Shown: one piece after another, positions 29,296-38,860 of the stretch
Layout: every line of letters starts with the position of its first letter
How positions within the stretch are numbered: the stretch's first letter is position 1
Source: an uncultured virus (IMG/VR IMGVR_UViG_3300009155_000057)
Taxonomy: Duplodnaviria > Heunggongvirae > Uroviricota > Caudoviricetes
DNA: 64,000 nucleotides
Direction: 5' to 3' (one strand)
Virus record (IMG/VR): IMGVR_UViG_3300009155_000057
Position numbers and translations under genes: made by a program
The notes under the pieces: model-generated
Database searches by the model: none
What the model was told of the DNA's origin: nothing
Seen by the model: only the letters and a program-made list of their open reading frames with translations

Positions 29296-29704
29296 CATTT
29301 GCCATGATCATGTCATCCATGCCAAGTGTCATTGCTCCAATGTTTTTTAATTCTTTGTATATGTTTTTTGAAAAAACAAGAAAGTCTTTTTCAATTTGAA
29401 GCCCAGTGGCAGCTATTTCCAAAGGCTTCATTTCACCAGGGCCGGGATATTCTCTCATTATTTCAATTGCCTTTTCAGTAAGCGCCAAAGGATCAGCGCA
29501 CTTATCACTGTAAAGACCTATTGCTTTTTCAACTGCAGGATCAATTTGGTCTCCAATTGCAGTGTAAATTTTTCCATAAATGTTGACGTGATCACCGCCA
29601 AATGATGTTCCATGTGTCAAGTGATGCGCTCCATGAAACCACAACTCCATCATTCTAAGAAACCCGATATACTCAATCATAATAGCTTTAACTGAATTTT
29701 TCAT
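29231..29704 (-). CDS. Dps/ferritin-like protein
   Basis: 'WFHGAHHLTHGTSFGGDH....IY.....D...E' Dps ferroxidase pattern; ATACTTA on the minus strand at 29724-29730. Confidence 0.75.
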   Translation of the reverse strand: MKNSVKAIMIEYIGFLRMMELWFHGAHHLTHGTSFGGDHVNIYGKIYTAIGDQIDPAVEKAIGLYSDKCADPLALTEKAIEIMREYPGPGEMKPLEIAATGLQIEKDFLVFSKNIYKELKNIGAMTLGMDDMIMANANAHEGHAYLLKQRIRESIGE

Positions 29705-29748
29705 TGATTTGCCTTGTATGTAATAAGTATAGAGTATATGGAGCATTT

Positions 29749-30018
29749 ATGAAGTCCAAGTCGCAAAAGAGCAAAATGAAAGATTCAACAGCAAAAGTCG
29801 CAGAGACCTTACGTCAAGGTGGTAGAGCCGGTGAAGATGAGCTTCACGAGATTGCAAACGTGAGTGTTGTTGATCTTTTAAAGTCTGGTTTAACACTTGA
29901 GCAGGCTGAAACTGTGTTTAAGATGGCTGCTATTGAGGCGGCTCGTCTTGCTGGAGAAAGCGCATTTGTCTCAAAAGTTCCTGAGGTGAAGGTCAGCATT
30001 AAAAAGGGCAAAAAGTAA
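29749..30018 (+). CDS. hypothetical protein
   Basis: GGAG SD; coupled to 30018. Confidence 0.55.
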   Translation: MKSKSQKSKMKDSTAKVAETLRQGGRAGEDELHEIANVSVVDLLKSGLTLEQAETVFKMAAIEAARLAGESAFVSKVPEVKVSIKKGKK

Positions 30019-30329
30019 TGAACGCTAGAAAGCTTCGCAAGATAATCATTGAAGAATGTGACCGCATGATGGGTCATAAAGATGGTGCTGCACCTATTAT
30101 GAAATCATTGGGAGGATTGACATTTGAAGATTCAGATTCTTATGAAGAGTCTTCAATGATTAAAAACAATCTACACACTCTTAAAAATCAGTCTAATGAT
30201 CTTTATGATATTATAGAAGATGGAGATGATTTGCCAGAGTGGGTGCAAGAAAAAATAGCAATTGCATCAGACTATATTGATGTGATTTATAATTATCTTC
30301 AGGCCGAATCAGAAAGAACAGATTCATAA
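30018..30329 (+). CDS. leader-bearing hypothetical protein
   Basis: 'MNARKLRKIIIEE'; 'DDLPEWVQEKIA'. Confidence 0.65.
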   Translation: MNARKLRKIIIEECDRMMGHKDGAAPIMKSLGGLTFEDSDSYEESSMIKNNLHTLKNQSNDLYDIIEDGDDLPEWVQEKIAIASDYIDVIYNYLQAESERTDS

Positions 30330-30350
30330 TTCAACTAATAAGGTAAAACA

Positions 30351-30982
30351 ATGGATAGAAAAACACTTCGTAAGATGATTATTCAGGAATGTGGATGCAT
30401 GGCAGGTGATGCTGATCTTCCTGCTTCTATTGCTGCAGCTTTTCCTATGATGCGCGTTCTTGGTATAGGTCTTGATTCAAAAGATGATTATCATGATTCT
30501 TTTGAAAATGATGACGACGATATGATTGAAATTGAAATGCCATTAAATTTGGGTTTACATGATGATGATGAAAGAGGTGAAGACGGAGACGATGATGTAG
30601 AAATGCGTCATTCAGGTCGTAAAGTCAAGCTTGGAGACGGCGAAGAAGTTCCAGAGTGGGCTGATAAAATGGATGAAGGTCGCCGCAAGCCATGGTACTT
30701 TAAGAAGCGTCGCAATATGAAGAAGACAGAAAATGCTTGGTATGACATTAAGGCTTCAAACGGCTCAAAAAAAAAGATAGCACGTTAGAAGAGACCGACG
30801 CTGACCACACTGTTGGTAAAAAACCACCTCAGTCAACCAAAAGTAAAACTCCACTTGCTCATCCAGAAGATGAAGGAAAAAGCTTTGCAGGCGTTTCAGG
30901 GTCTGACGATCTTGGAGCTTCTGGAAAGCCAATGAAACATAGAAAACTAAAAGATCTTGATATCTACAAGGACTATAGATGA
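30351..30982 (+). CDS. leader-bearing acidic protein; stops at 30788, or extends to 30982 by a -1 frameshift
   Basis: 'MDRKTLRKMIIQE'; in-phase A_AAA_AAG at 30770-30776; the -1 frame is open to TGA 30980-30982, overlapping the next ATG. Confidence 0.65.
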
Positions 30983-32442
30983 TCTCTAAAAATCTTATTC
31001 AAAAGATAATTCGTGAAGAAATCAATAAGCTTATTGAAAGCCCAGGTGCTGCAAAACCACCTCAGTCTACAACAAAGATTCTTCCGAAGTCAGATGAAGA
31101 TGCTCATGTAGATCGAAAAATCTATGGAGGGTCTACTTTAGATCTGGATGCAGATGGCAAACCAAACAATCCAAAAAAGTTTGGAACATCAGACGTTTAT
31201 AAGAGCGCGCGAGAAGAAGAAAAGAAAAACAAAACGTTGTCAGAGGGATTGCGTTATCATCTTAAAAACTCAATCCCAATTGATGATAACGTCTATCGTC
31301 CTGGAACACGTGAGTTTTTTGCTTTAATAAAAGAAGCAAAATCTCTTTGGGAAGAAGGAAAGTATTCAGCAACTCCTGAAGAGTTTGAAATTTTTCAGAG
31401 TGATATTGGTGAGTGGGCAGTGTATGAAGGCAAACGTGTTCCACTTGACTTTCCAATGTGGGACTCAGTAGATGAAGAGAAAAAAGGTCTTTGGCATAAC
31501 ATTCATCAGCGTCGTAAAAAAGGTCTTCAAAAAAAGAAACCAGGTGAGAAGGGCTATCCTGAAACATTAGACATAAATGAGTCCTTTTCTGATCACTTTG
31601 GAAAAAACAAGTGGGTCAAACTTTCAAGAAAAGAAATTGAACAGCACCCTGAGCTTTTTGATGAAATGTTTAACATGATTGATCAATCATACGCTTATAT
31701 TGGCGGACATGCAAATTATCAATCACCTGAAGACATTCGTTGTGACAATGATATTAGCATTTTTTCTTTAATTGATGTTGATGATGATAATGAAGCAGAT
31801 GCAATGAATTTGGCAAAGACAACACGCAATGGAATAAAATCTATTGCATCGGCCACTGATGGCTCTCGATTTGCCAAAGATGCATTATTAAAGCGTAATC
31901 TAGAAAATTTAAGTAAGAAAGGTTATTATGCTGAGATTAGTGGCGCCGCCGCTAAGGTCATGCTACGAATGGGTGTAAATGTTGTAAATGATGAAAGTAT
32001 TGTCAGAGAAGTTTTGGGAGGAAAAAGAATAAAATGGTTTGGAGACCATCCTAAAGGTGAGTTTCCTGGAACCGATGGATGGTATGGTAGAAGAATTGGT
32101 GGAGAGTTTCACGAAAAAATAATGATTGGATTTCCAATCACTAGAAACATGCAAGAAGCTAAATACAAAGGTCGTGAAGTAAAGCTTGGAACTGCTGGAG
32201 CTTCACAATCAGGAGGTCGTGCCCACGTTTATGTCCGTGATCCAAAGAGCGGAAACATTAGAAAAGTTTCGTTTGGTTCAGGAATGCCTGATGCCATGGG
32301 AAGTTCTCCAAAACACAAAAAGAGAAGAAAGTCATTTGCAGCCCGTCACGGTTGTTCAAAAAACCATGACAAAACATCAGCCAGTTATTGGGCATGTAGA
32401 GCTACAAAAATGTTTGGTAGAAACGTTCCAGGCTGGTGGTAA
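30979..32442 (+). CDS. multi-module leader-bearing protein (putative processed head polyprotein)
   Basis: 'LIQKIIREEINKLIE'; modules separated by LSE, VDEE, INE and MQE. Confidence 0.65.
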   Translation: MISKNLIQKIIREEINKLIESPGAAKPPQSTTKILPKSDEDAHVDRKIYGGSTLDLDADGKPNNPKKFGTSDVYKSAREEEKKNKTLSEGLRYHLKNSIPIDDNVYRPGTREFFALIKEAKSLWEEGKYSATPEEFEIFQSDIGEWAVYEGKRVPLDFPMWDSVDEEKKGLWHNIHQRRKKGLQKKKPGEKGYPETLDINESFSDHFGKNKWVKLSRKEIEQHPELFDEMFNMIDQSYAYIGGHANYQSPEDIRCDNDISIFSLIDVDDDNEADAMNLAKTTRNGIKSIASATDGSRFAKDALLKRNLENLSKKGYYAEISGAAAKVMLRMGVNVVNDESIVREVLGGKRIKWFGDHPKGEFPGTDGWYGRRIGGEFHEKIMIGFPITRNMQEAKYKGREVKLGTAGASQSGGRAHVYVRDPKSGNIRKVSFGSGMPDAMGSSPKHKKRRKSFAARHGCSKNHDKTSASYWACRATKMFGRNVPGWW

Positions 32443-34440
32443 ATGAATACTCCCCATCCATACGAAGAGAAGCGTTTTGATAACGGCTCGATTTTAAGAG
32501 AATTCAAGCACGATGCTAATGTTGAGGATCTTATTTGGCATCAAGACAAAAAAGATAGAAAAGTATTTGTGGTTGAATCTAATGGATGGAAACTTCAGCT
32601 TTCAAGTGGATTACCATTTCCTCTTATTGAAGGAAAAGAATACTTTATTCCTAAAAAATCATGGCATAGAGTAATAAAAGGAAATGGCAATTTAAAAATT
32701 GAAATACATGAAAGAGATGATAAAGTGCAAATTACTGAATCACAACTTCGCCAGAAAGTCAAGCTTCTTCTAAAGGAAGAAGTCTATGGAACAATCGCGA
32801 CTGTTTATCACGGTTCAAAGCAACCTCCAGAAGAATTTTTAAAAGTTTTTGAAACTGGAGATTTGTCAAGTTATGCTTCCACAGGGTGGAAGCCTGGAAA
32901 AGGACTTGGATCAGCATATGGTCATGGTCTATACTCTGTCTGGGCAAAAACATTGCATCAAACATTTTCAGGTGGATATGGAAATTGGATTTACAAATTT
33001 AAAGTAAATTTGTATGGGTTCATTATTTTTGATGAAGACGTCTGTCAAAAAGTCTACAAAAAGTCAATCACTCCTCTTGAGCAAATGAAGCTTCTTGGCA
33101 AAGAAAATGAAATTAGAAAAGCATCAGAAGGAGAAATAAGAGTACTTTCACAACCTCCAGTAAAAGGTGCACGATCTGCAAATCTTGCAGATAGTTTATC
33201 AGATTTTCTAAAAGGTCGAGTTAATGGAATTGTATTTTTTGGAAACAATGATGGTCCAGTCGTTTTGATTTACGACCCTGACATTTCTACTCCATTGGCG
33301 TGGACTAAGCGTGATACAAACACAGGAGAACTTGCTCCATGGACTCCATGGAATGCTTCTGAAATTAAACAAAGTTTAAAGAGAGCAAGTCATGCTGGAT
33401 TACAGGCTAACGCTGAAAGACTTCAAACAAAATCTTTTGATACAGAACGATTAGAAAAAATCGCAAATGATTTGTTTGCAGTAAGCAATGTTTACTATAA
33501 ACTTAGTGAACAACAAAAAACTTTTATTATGAAAACAACAACGAACAAAGACGTGTTGACAAAGTTTGCTGACGATAAAAGCGATAACATTCGTTTTCAA
33601 GTTGCAGCAAACAAAAATGCTTCAGAAGAAGCATTGAATAAACTTGCTGATGATAAAAATTTTGATATTCGTTGGCATGTTGCAATAAACAAAAATATTT
33701 CAAAAGAAGCATTGAATAAACTTGCTGTAGATAAACACTCTGAAATCCGCGCTAGTGTTGCAAGTAATCATAAAACTTCAGCAGAAACACTTGTTCAACT
33801 TGCTAATGATAAAAGTTTTGATGTTCGTAGATCTGCCGCACAAAATACCAACGCTGAAGTACTTAATCAACTTTCTGGAGATAAAAATATAAGCGTTCGC
33901 ATTGCCGTTGCATCTAATAAAAATACTCCACCAGCAGCGCTTATGAAACTTGCTGATGAAGAATCAAAAAGCATTCTTAAAGCTATTGCATCTAATGAAG
34001 GCTCTCCAGAAGAAGTTATTATGAAACTTGCTGCACGTGAAGAAAAAGATATTCGTTTGACTATTGCAAATAATACTGAGTACACAAATGTTCTTGTCAA
34101 GCTTTCTAAAGATTTGCTTCCAAGTGTTCGCCAGGCAGTTACACATAATATGAAAACTCCTGTAGAAATACTTTCTCAACTTGCTGGAAGTAAAGAAACA
34201 CAGATACGTACAGGAGTTGCATATAATATAAACACTCAACCAGAAACACTTTCTAAGCTTTCTCAAGATAAACAAATGTGGCCTCGATGGGGTGTTGCAG
34301 GAAACCCAAACACTCCTGTTGATATTCTTATGAAGCTTGCTAATGATGAAGATTTAAAGGTAAAAGCAACAGCATTAAGAACTCTTCAATCTCGTCAATC
34401 AATAAATGAGCTAAAAAGTTTGATTAGACATTGCATTTAA
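32443..34440 (+). CDS. cupin-like domain + internal leader + ADP-ribosyltransferase-like (H-Y type) domain + HEAT/LRV repeats
   Basis: 'WHQD...WHRVIKG'; 'QITESQLRQKVKLLLKEE'; 'VYHGS...YGHGLY'; about 12 'L.KLA.D....VR..VA.N.N' repeats. Confidence 0.65.
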   Translation: MNTPHPYEEKRFDNGSILREFKHDANVEDLIWHQDKKDRKVFVVESNGWKLQLSSGLPFPLIEGKEYFIPKKSWHRVIKGNGNLKIEIHERDDKVQITESQLRQKVKLLLKEEVYGTIATVYHGSKQPPEEFLKVFETGDLSSYASTGWKPGKGLGSAYGHGLYSVWAKTLHQTFSGGYGNWIYKFKVNLYGFIIFDEDVCQKVYKKSITPLEQMKLLGKENEIRKASEGEIRVLSQPPVKGARSANLADSLSDFLKGRVNGIVFFGNNDGPVVLIYDPDISTPLAWTKRDTNTGELAPWTPWNASEIKQSLKRASHAGLQANAERLQTKSFDTERLEKIANDLFAVSNVYYKLSEQQKTFIMKTTTNKDVLTKFADDKSDNIRFQVAANKNASEEALNKLADDKNFDIRWHVAINKNISKEALNKLAVDKHSEIRASVASNHKTSAETLVQLANDKSFDVRRSAAQNTNAEVLNQLSGDKNISVRIAVASNKNTPPAALMKLADEESKSILKAIASNEGSPEEVIMKLAAREEKDIRLTIANNTEYTNVLVKLSKDLLPSVRQAVTHNMKTPVEILSQLAGSKETQIRTGVAYNINTQPETLSKLSQDKQMWPRWGVAGNPNTPVDILMKLANDEDLKVKATALRTLQSRQSINELKSLIRHCI

Positions 34441-34484
34441 AGAGTTAAAGTAACTCGCGCAAATATTTATCATAGGAGCAAATA

Positions 34485-34796
34485 ATGAAAATCACAGAGT
34501 CAAAGTTGAGAGAGATTATAAAATCAGTCTTTAAAGAAAGCATGTACTCTAGACGCTCAAGATATGATAGTGAGCCTGGTCAAAGCAGAGGGTATGGGCA
34601 TGGCTGGAGTCATTATGATGATGAAGAGCTTGCAGATCTTGAAATTGATCCTGAATCTGAGTCAGATGAAGAGCGTGAAGAGAGAATGGCTAAAATCAAT
34701 CGTCTTAAAATAAAGAGATCAGATGCTTCATCTGAAGGTGAATGGGCAGGTCGTGGCAGGAGCAGTGGCCATAGAAGAAGCTGGAAATCATATTGA
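34485..34796 (+). CDS. small charged leader-bearing protein
   Basis: 'MKITESKLREIIKSVFKE'; AATATTTA at 34462; AGGAG SD. Confidence 0.65.
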   Translation: MKITESKLREIIKSVFKESMYSRRSRYDSEPGQSRGYGHGWSHYDDEELADLEIDPESESDEEREERMAKINRLKIKRSDASSEGEWAGRGRSSGHRRSWKSY

Positions 34797-34891
34797 TGTA
34801 AAACTTTAGTTGCAACCATGCAACCCGACCGGCACGTGTGGTAAAATGTTCCTGAGGTTATTGCCTCAGGAACAAAACACTCGAGGAAATT

Positions 34892-35833
34892 ATGTCGATT
34901 CGGTATGGCTATGCATGTCTCAACGTCACCCTTGGACCTAAAAAGGGTGGTTTTCGAAATATGATTAAGCGGACCTGGCAATCTAAAGGTTTGCCCTATG
35001 CGTCAAGTCTTACTCTTGAAAATGTGAATATTCTTCTTGGCATTGTCAAGTGGAATAATTCAAATACGATTCCTGTTTATCGTATGACCTCAAATCTTGC
35101 TCCATGGTGTTCGGAGTATGAATTTGAAAATCTGCCTGACTGGCAGCGAATTCAAAATGGTTTGGCTCTGGTTGGTCGAACCGCAGCTCAATCTGGCCAG
35201 CGTCTTTCTTTTCATCCTGGCCAGTTCAATTGTCTTGCTTCACCTCGTGATGAAGTTGTGAAAAATTGCGTCACTGATCTTACGCGTCATGGCCAAATTA
35301 TGGATGCAATTGGTCTTCCACGATCTCGTCAAAACAAGATCAACATTCATCTTGGCGGAACGTATGGAGACAAAACTTCTGCTGCCGAGCGCTGGTGCAA
35401 AAACTTTGATCTTCTTCCAGACTCTGTAAAAGACCGCATCACTCTTGAAAATGATGATAAGGCAAGTGGCTTTAGCGTCCTTGACCTCCACGAAGTTTGG
35501 AAGAGAACAGGTGTCCCTATTGTCTTTGACTATCATCACCACAAGTTTTGCACTGGCGGTCTTTCTGAAAAGGATGCATTGCACCTGGCGGCCAGCACTT
35601 GGCCGGATGGTATTCGTCCTGTAACTCATTACTCTGAGTCTGCATCCGTTCGTGAAGGTCGTGATGTTGCTGCAAACGCACACTCTTCTTTTGTTGACGG
35701 TCCTGTGAACGACTGGGGTCTTGACATCGATTGTGTTGTTGAAGCAAAGGCAAAAGAACTTGCTATTATGCAGCTGACAACCGGAAAGAACTATGAATCT
35801 AGTTACAAATCCGATGGAGGATCTGACGAGTAG
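34892..35833 (+). CDS. uvsE: UV damage endonuclease
   Basis: 'GYAC', 'YRMTS', 'RLSFHPGQF', 'NIHLGG', 'LENDD', 'FDYHHH', 'HYSES', 'EAKAKE'; promoter copy at 34818. Confidence 0.93.
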   Translation: MSIRYGYACLNVTLGPKKGGFRNMIKRTWQSKGLPYASSLTLENVNILLGIVKWNNSNTIPVYRMTSNLAPWCSEYEFENLPDWQRIQNGLALVGRTAAQSGQRLSFHPGQFNCLASPRDEVVKNCVTDLTRHGQIMDAIGLPRSRQNKINIHLGGTYGDKTSAAERWCKNFDLLPDSVKDRITLENDDKASGFSVLDLHEVWKRTGVPIVFDYHHHKFCTGGLSEKDALHLAASTWPDGIRPVTHYSESASVREGRDVAANAHSSFVDGPVNDWGLDIDCVVEAKAKELAIMQLTTGKNYESSYKSDGGSDE

Positions 35834-35860
35834 TATATTTTAATTTAAGGATGTTTCACC

Positions 35861-36532
35861 ATGTCATGGATTCATATTCTGTTTGAATACTCTTCAAAAA
35901 TGAAAAGCGCGATTGATCGTGGCTTTGCACTTTCAACTTTTGAAGTGAGTCAAGGAGAAAACATCGTAGTTATTTATGAGCCAAAGATTATTGAATTCTT
36001 TGCAGAGAAAAAGGGTGAAGGTCAAACTCTGACTAAATCCTTTAAAAGCTTAAACACTGGTGACATCCAAAAGATGGGAGTTGTTGCTATGATACAATAT
36101 AGCAACTCTTCTGGTCTTACTTTATCTACAAAAAAGTCAAAAAAGTCTAAAATTAAATATGTCAATAGATCAGCAGCTTTGGGTGGGACTGCACCGCTTA
36201 TCTATGATTCTGCGATCTGGTATTCAGGCGGTCTTGCATCAGATCGTGGCTCGGTCTCTCCCAGAGCACAAGGAGTTTGGAACGTCTATAAGACAAGAAG
36301 TGACGTAGAGATCATTCCACTGGAAGATCATAGAGGCAATACTGAAAATGGCGCAACTGACTTTGCTGTAAAGATGCTTTTAAAGCCTGAGGGCCTCAGC
36401 GACCTTGAAAAGTCACATGATGAATTTGCTCAACATCTAGATGAAACTTATGAAATAGATGAATTTGAGTTAAATGGAGCTCTCTATTCGATCGCGTCAT
36501 TACTATTTACCAATATGCTTGGTAAAACATGA
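35861..36532 (+). CDS. hypothetical protein, possibly GNAT-like fold
   Basis: 'SAALGGTAPLIYD.....GLASDRGSVSPRAQGVW' resembles GNAT motifs A/B. Confidence 0.45.
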   Translation: MSWIHILFEYSSKMKSAIDRGFALSTFEVSQGENIVVIYEPKIIEFFAEKKGEGQTLTKSFKSLNTGDIQKMGVVAMIQYSNSSGLTLSTKKSKKSKIKYVNRSAALGGTAPLIYDSAIWYSGGLASDRGSVSPRAQGVWNVYKTRSDVEIIPLEDHRGNTENGATDFAVKMLLKPEGLSDLEKSHDEFAQHLDETYEIDEFELNGALYSIASLLFTNMLGKT

Positions 36533-36771
36533 AAAACAAAAAACTGCCTCAACCGACTCCTTTTGAAGTTGTGTCATTTAATATTGAAAAAATGAGTAAT
36601 GACATATGGTACGCACTTGCCATTGATGTCTTAATAAAGTTAAGCGCAGAATTTTTTGAGAAAACTCCTGATCATTTAACCTTAAAAGAAGTTTTAAGTA
36701 AAAATAAAAATTTAGGTAACTTACTCCTTACAGATAGTATAATGAAAGAAGCGCTGATGATCTCAGCGTAA
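36529..36771 (+). CDS. hypothetical protein
   Basis: ATGA-coupled ORF. Confidence 0.5.
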   Translation: MKNKKLPQPTPFEVVSFNIEKMSNDIWYALAIDVLIKLSAEFFEKTPDHLTLKEVLSKNKNLGNLLLTDSIMKEALMISA

Positions 36772-36783
36772 GGAGATCTAGCA

Positions 36784-36981
36784 ATGGTAAAGGTTAATGA
36801 TCGCGTCAGTCATGTTTATAACATGAAGCTTGTTGGAACTGTCATTCAGCTTGTTGAAGGTCAGGCCCATGAGCATTTTGAAGGAGGCACATCAGCGCGA
36901 AAATTTTATGCAATTGTTAAACTTGATGGCGCCGAGCAAACATTTACTGCAAATATAAATGACTTAATGAGAGAGCAGTAA
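36784..36981 (+). CDS. small hypothetical (SH3-like) protein
   Basis: AAGGAG SD; 'KVNDRV.....GTVI'. Confidence 0.55.
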   Translation: MVKVNDRVSHVYNMKLVGTVIQLVEGQAHEHFEGGTSARKFYAIVKLDGAEQTFTANINDLMREQ

Positions 36982-36989
36982 AAAATGTT

Positions 36990-37337
36990 TTGAGTGAAAT
37001 ATTTAGAGTCATGGATTCACTAGATTCACTCATCACTGAAGTTGCAGAAGTTGAAAAACTTCTAGAAAAGAAAAAGAGACGTCGCTCTCGTTCTATGGGC
37101 CGTTTTACACGACCAAAGAACATTTCAAATCTACTAGCTACGCGAATTAAAGATCCACTTGAGTGGAGAACTGACATCACCAATGCAATGGCAAAAACTG
37201 GTGGTAGAGTTCCCGACGCAGCTGACGATTTAGGCGTTTCAACTCGTACGCTCTATCGAAATCTTGAGGAGCCAGAGCTCGATTCAGTCGGTCGCGCGCC
37301 TACAGGTCGTCCTGAAATTAAGAAGAAAAAAGATTGA
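36990..37337 (+). CDS. Fis-like HTH protein
   Basis: 'AMAKTGGRVPDAADDLGVSTRTLYRNL'. Confidence 0.7.
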   Translation: MSEIFRVMDSLDSLITEVAEVEKLLEKKKRRRSRSMGRFTRPKNISNLLATRIKDPLEWRTDITNAMAKTGGRVPDAADDLGVSTRTLYRNLEEPELDSVGRAPTGRPEIKKKKD

Positions 37338-37430
37338 TCTGGTGACCTCTGGTCACCATTTCCTTTAAAAGGTATGTTACCTATGGCCAATGGCTGGAAG
37401 GTGATATAAAGGCAATCTGGTGACCTCTGG
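37337..37430. repeat. 16-bp direct repeat ATCTGGTGACCTCTGG (x2); the first copy lies within a hairpin
   Basis: Copies at 37337-37352 and 37415-37430; TGGTGACC-TCT-GGTCACCA at 37340-37358. Confidence 0.8.
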
Positions 37431-37508
37431 CAATATTCTTGCTTAACTGGCCGGATTGTTATTGCAAGATAAAAATATGATTTTGGTTCAACAAATATAT
37501 TTAACGTT

Positions 37509-38834
37509 ATGAACCACTCACTTAGAAAATTAATTCGTAAAATACTCATTGAAAGTGAAGAGACTTTTAGCTTTAATGATATCTCAAATTCTACGCTTGA
37601 GTTTGGCGATAATTTTGATAAATTTAAACGTAGACTAAATCCTGCGGATGAGCCTGATAAATCACGTGGAGGAATTAAAAACTCTGACATGCTGAAATCT
37701 GAGCCTTCATCTAGTTATGAGAAAAAACCAGTCTCTCCTATTTCTCCTCCTAAATCTTCTCCTCCTAAATCTTCTCCTCCTAAATCTCTTGATGATAAAA
37801 CTCCTGTAATGAGTAATCCTATCATGAGTCGAGAAAAGAAAATTTTGAGCGTTGCTGAGGAAGTTGCAACAAAATTTGATCTTGTTGACATTGAGTTTTT
37901 ATCAAAGTCAACAAGACCTGAAGGTGCATCAACATTTTATGCATATTCAGATGATCATGGCGACATCATTCTTAAATTGCAACCAATAGAAGAGACTAAC
38001 ATTTACGATGCTCTTCAAAAGAAGAGCATCAATTTTCCAAAAAATGTGATGAAGCACTTTCCAACAATATATGATGTTTCAACACTCGAAAAACTTGGAA
38101 TTGATCCACCACATATTGGAAGCATAAAGAAAGATCTTGGAGTAATACTCATGGAGCCGTTGTCTCCGCTTCCAGGAAATTTTTATGATCTTTTATCTTT
38201 GTCTGGTGACAGGGCTACAATTGACAAAAGAGCACTTTATTTATTCTCAAACAAAGAATCATATTTAAAATTTGTTGATCATTTTTTAGAGAGACCACAA
38301 GTTGAATTTTTTTTAGATAAAATTGAGCGTGACCCTCTAACAATATCAAGAAAATTTGAACCAGGTCCATCTCAAAATAAAATGCCTCGTGAGGAAAGAG
38401 CAGATCTCTTAAAAAGAATGCTGATTTCTCTTTTCTATAATAGAAGTTTAAGAAATGGTCTTGATAACAGAATCGTTGATGGTAAATCAGCAATGATGGT
38501 TATCAAAAATGAATCTATAAAATTAATTGATAATTGGGCCAAGTCATCTGGAATTCTTCCAACAATTACGTCGGGACTAAAATCAGCATTTTTAATGGAT
38601 TTTGAAAATGTTTTGCATCATATTAATTTTCGTCCAATACCTCGAGATCCAAAAAACCCTGGGACTGAGGGACCACTTGGTAAGCTAAAAGGTTTTGAAA
38701 GTTTTAATCGAGCGATCGACTATCTTCTTGATCATGGAATTGTTCCTGGTGATCTGCATGCAAACAACCTAATGATTCGCTCCTCAACAGGAGATATCAT
38801 ATTTTCAGATCTTGGACATTTCAAACTAAAATAA
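37509..38834 (+). CDS. leader-bearing protein-kinase-like (PKL fold) protein
   Basis: 'MNHSLRKLIRKILIE'; 'IILKL', 'ILMEPL', 'GDLHANNLM', 'FSDLG'; SSPPK repeats. Confidence 0.65.
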   Translation: MNHSLRKLIRKILIESEETFSFNDISNSTLEFGDNFDKFKRRLNPADEPDKSRGGIKNSDMLKSEPSSSYEKKPVSPISPPKSSPPKSSPPKSLDDKTPVMSNPIMSREKKILSVAEEVATKFDLVDIEFLSKSTRPEGASTFYAYSDDHGDIILKLQPIEETNIYDALQKKSINFPKNVMKHFPTIYDVSTLEKLGIDPPHIGSIKKDLGVILMEPLSPLPGNFYDLLSLSGDRATIDKRALYLFSNKESYLKFVDHFLERPQVEFFLDKIERDPLTISRKFEPGPSQNKMPREERADLLKRMLISLFYNRSLRNGLDNRIVDGKSAMMVIKNESIKLIDNWAKSSGILPTITSGLKSAFLMDFENVLHHINFRPIPRDPKNPGTEGPLGKLKGFESFNRAIDYLLDHGIVPGDLHANNLMIRSSTGDIIFSDLGHFKLK

Positions 38835-38860
38835 AAATCATGCTGTAAATTGATTGCAAA

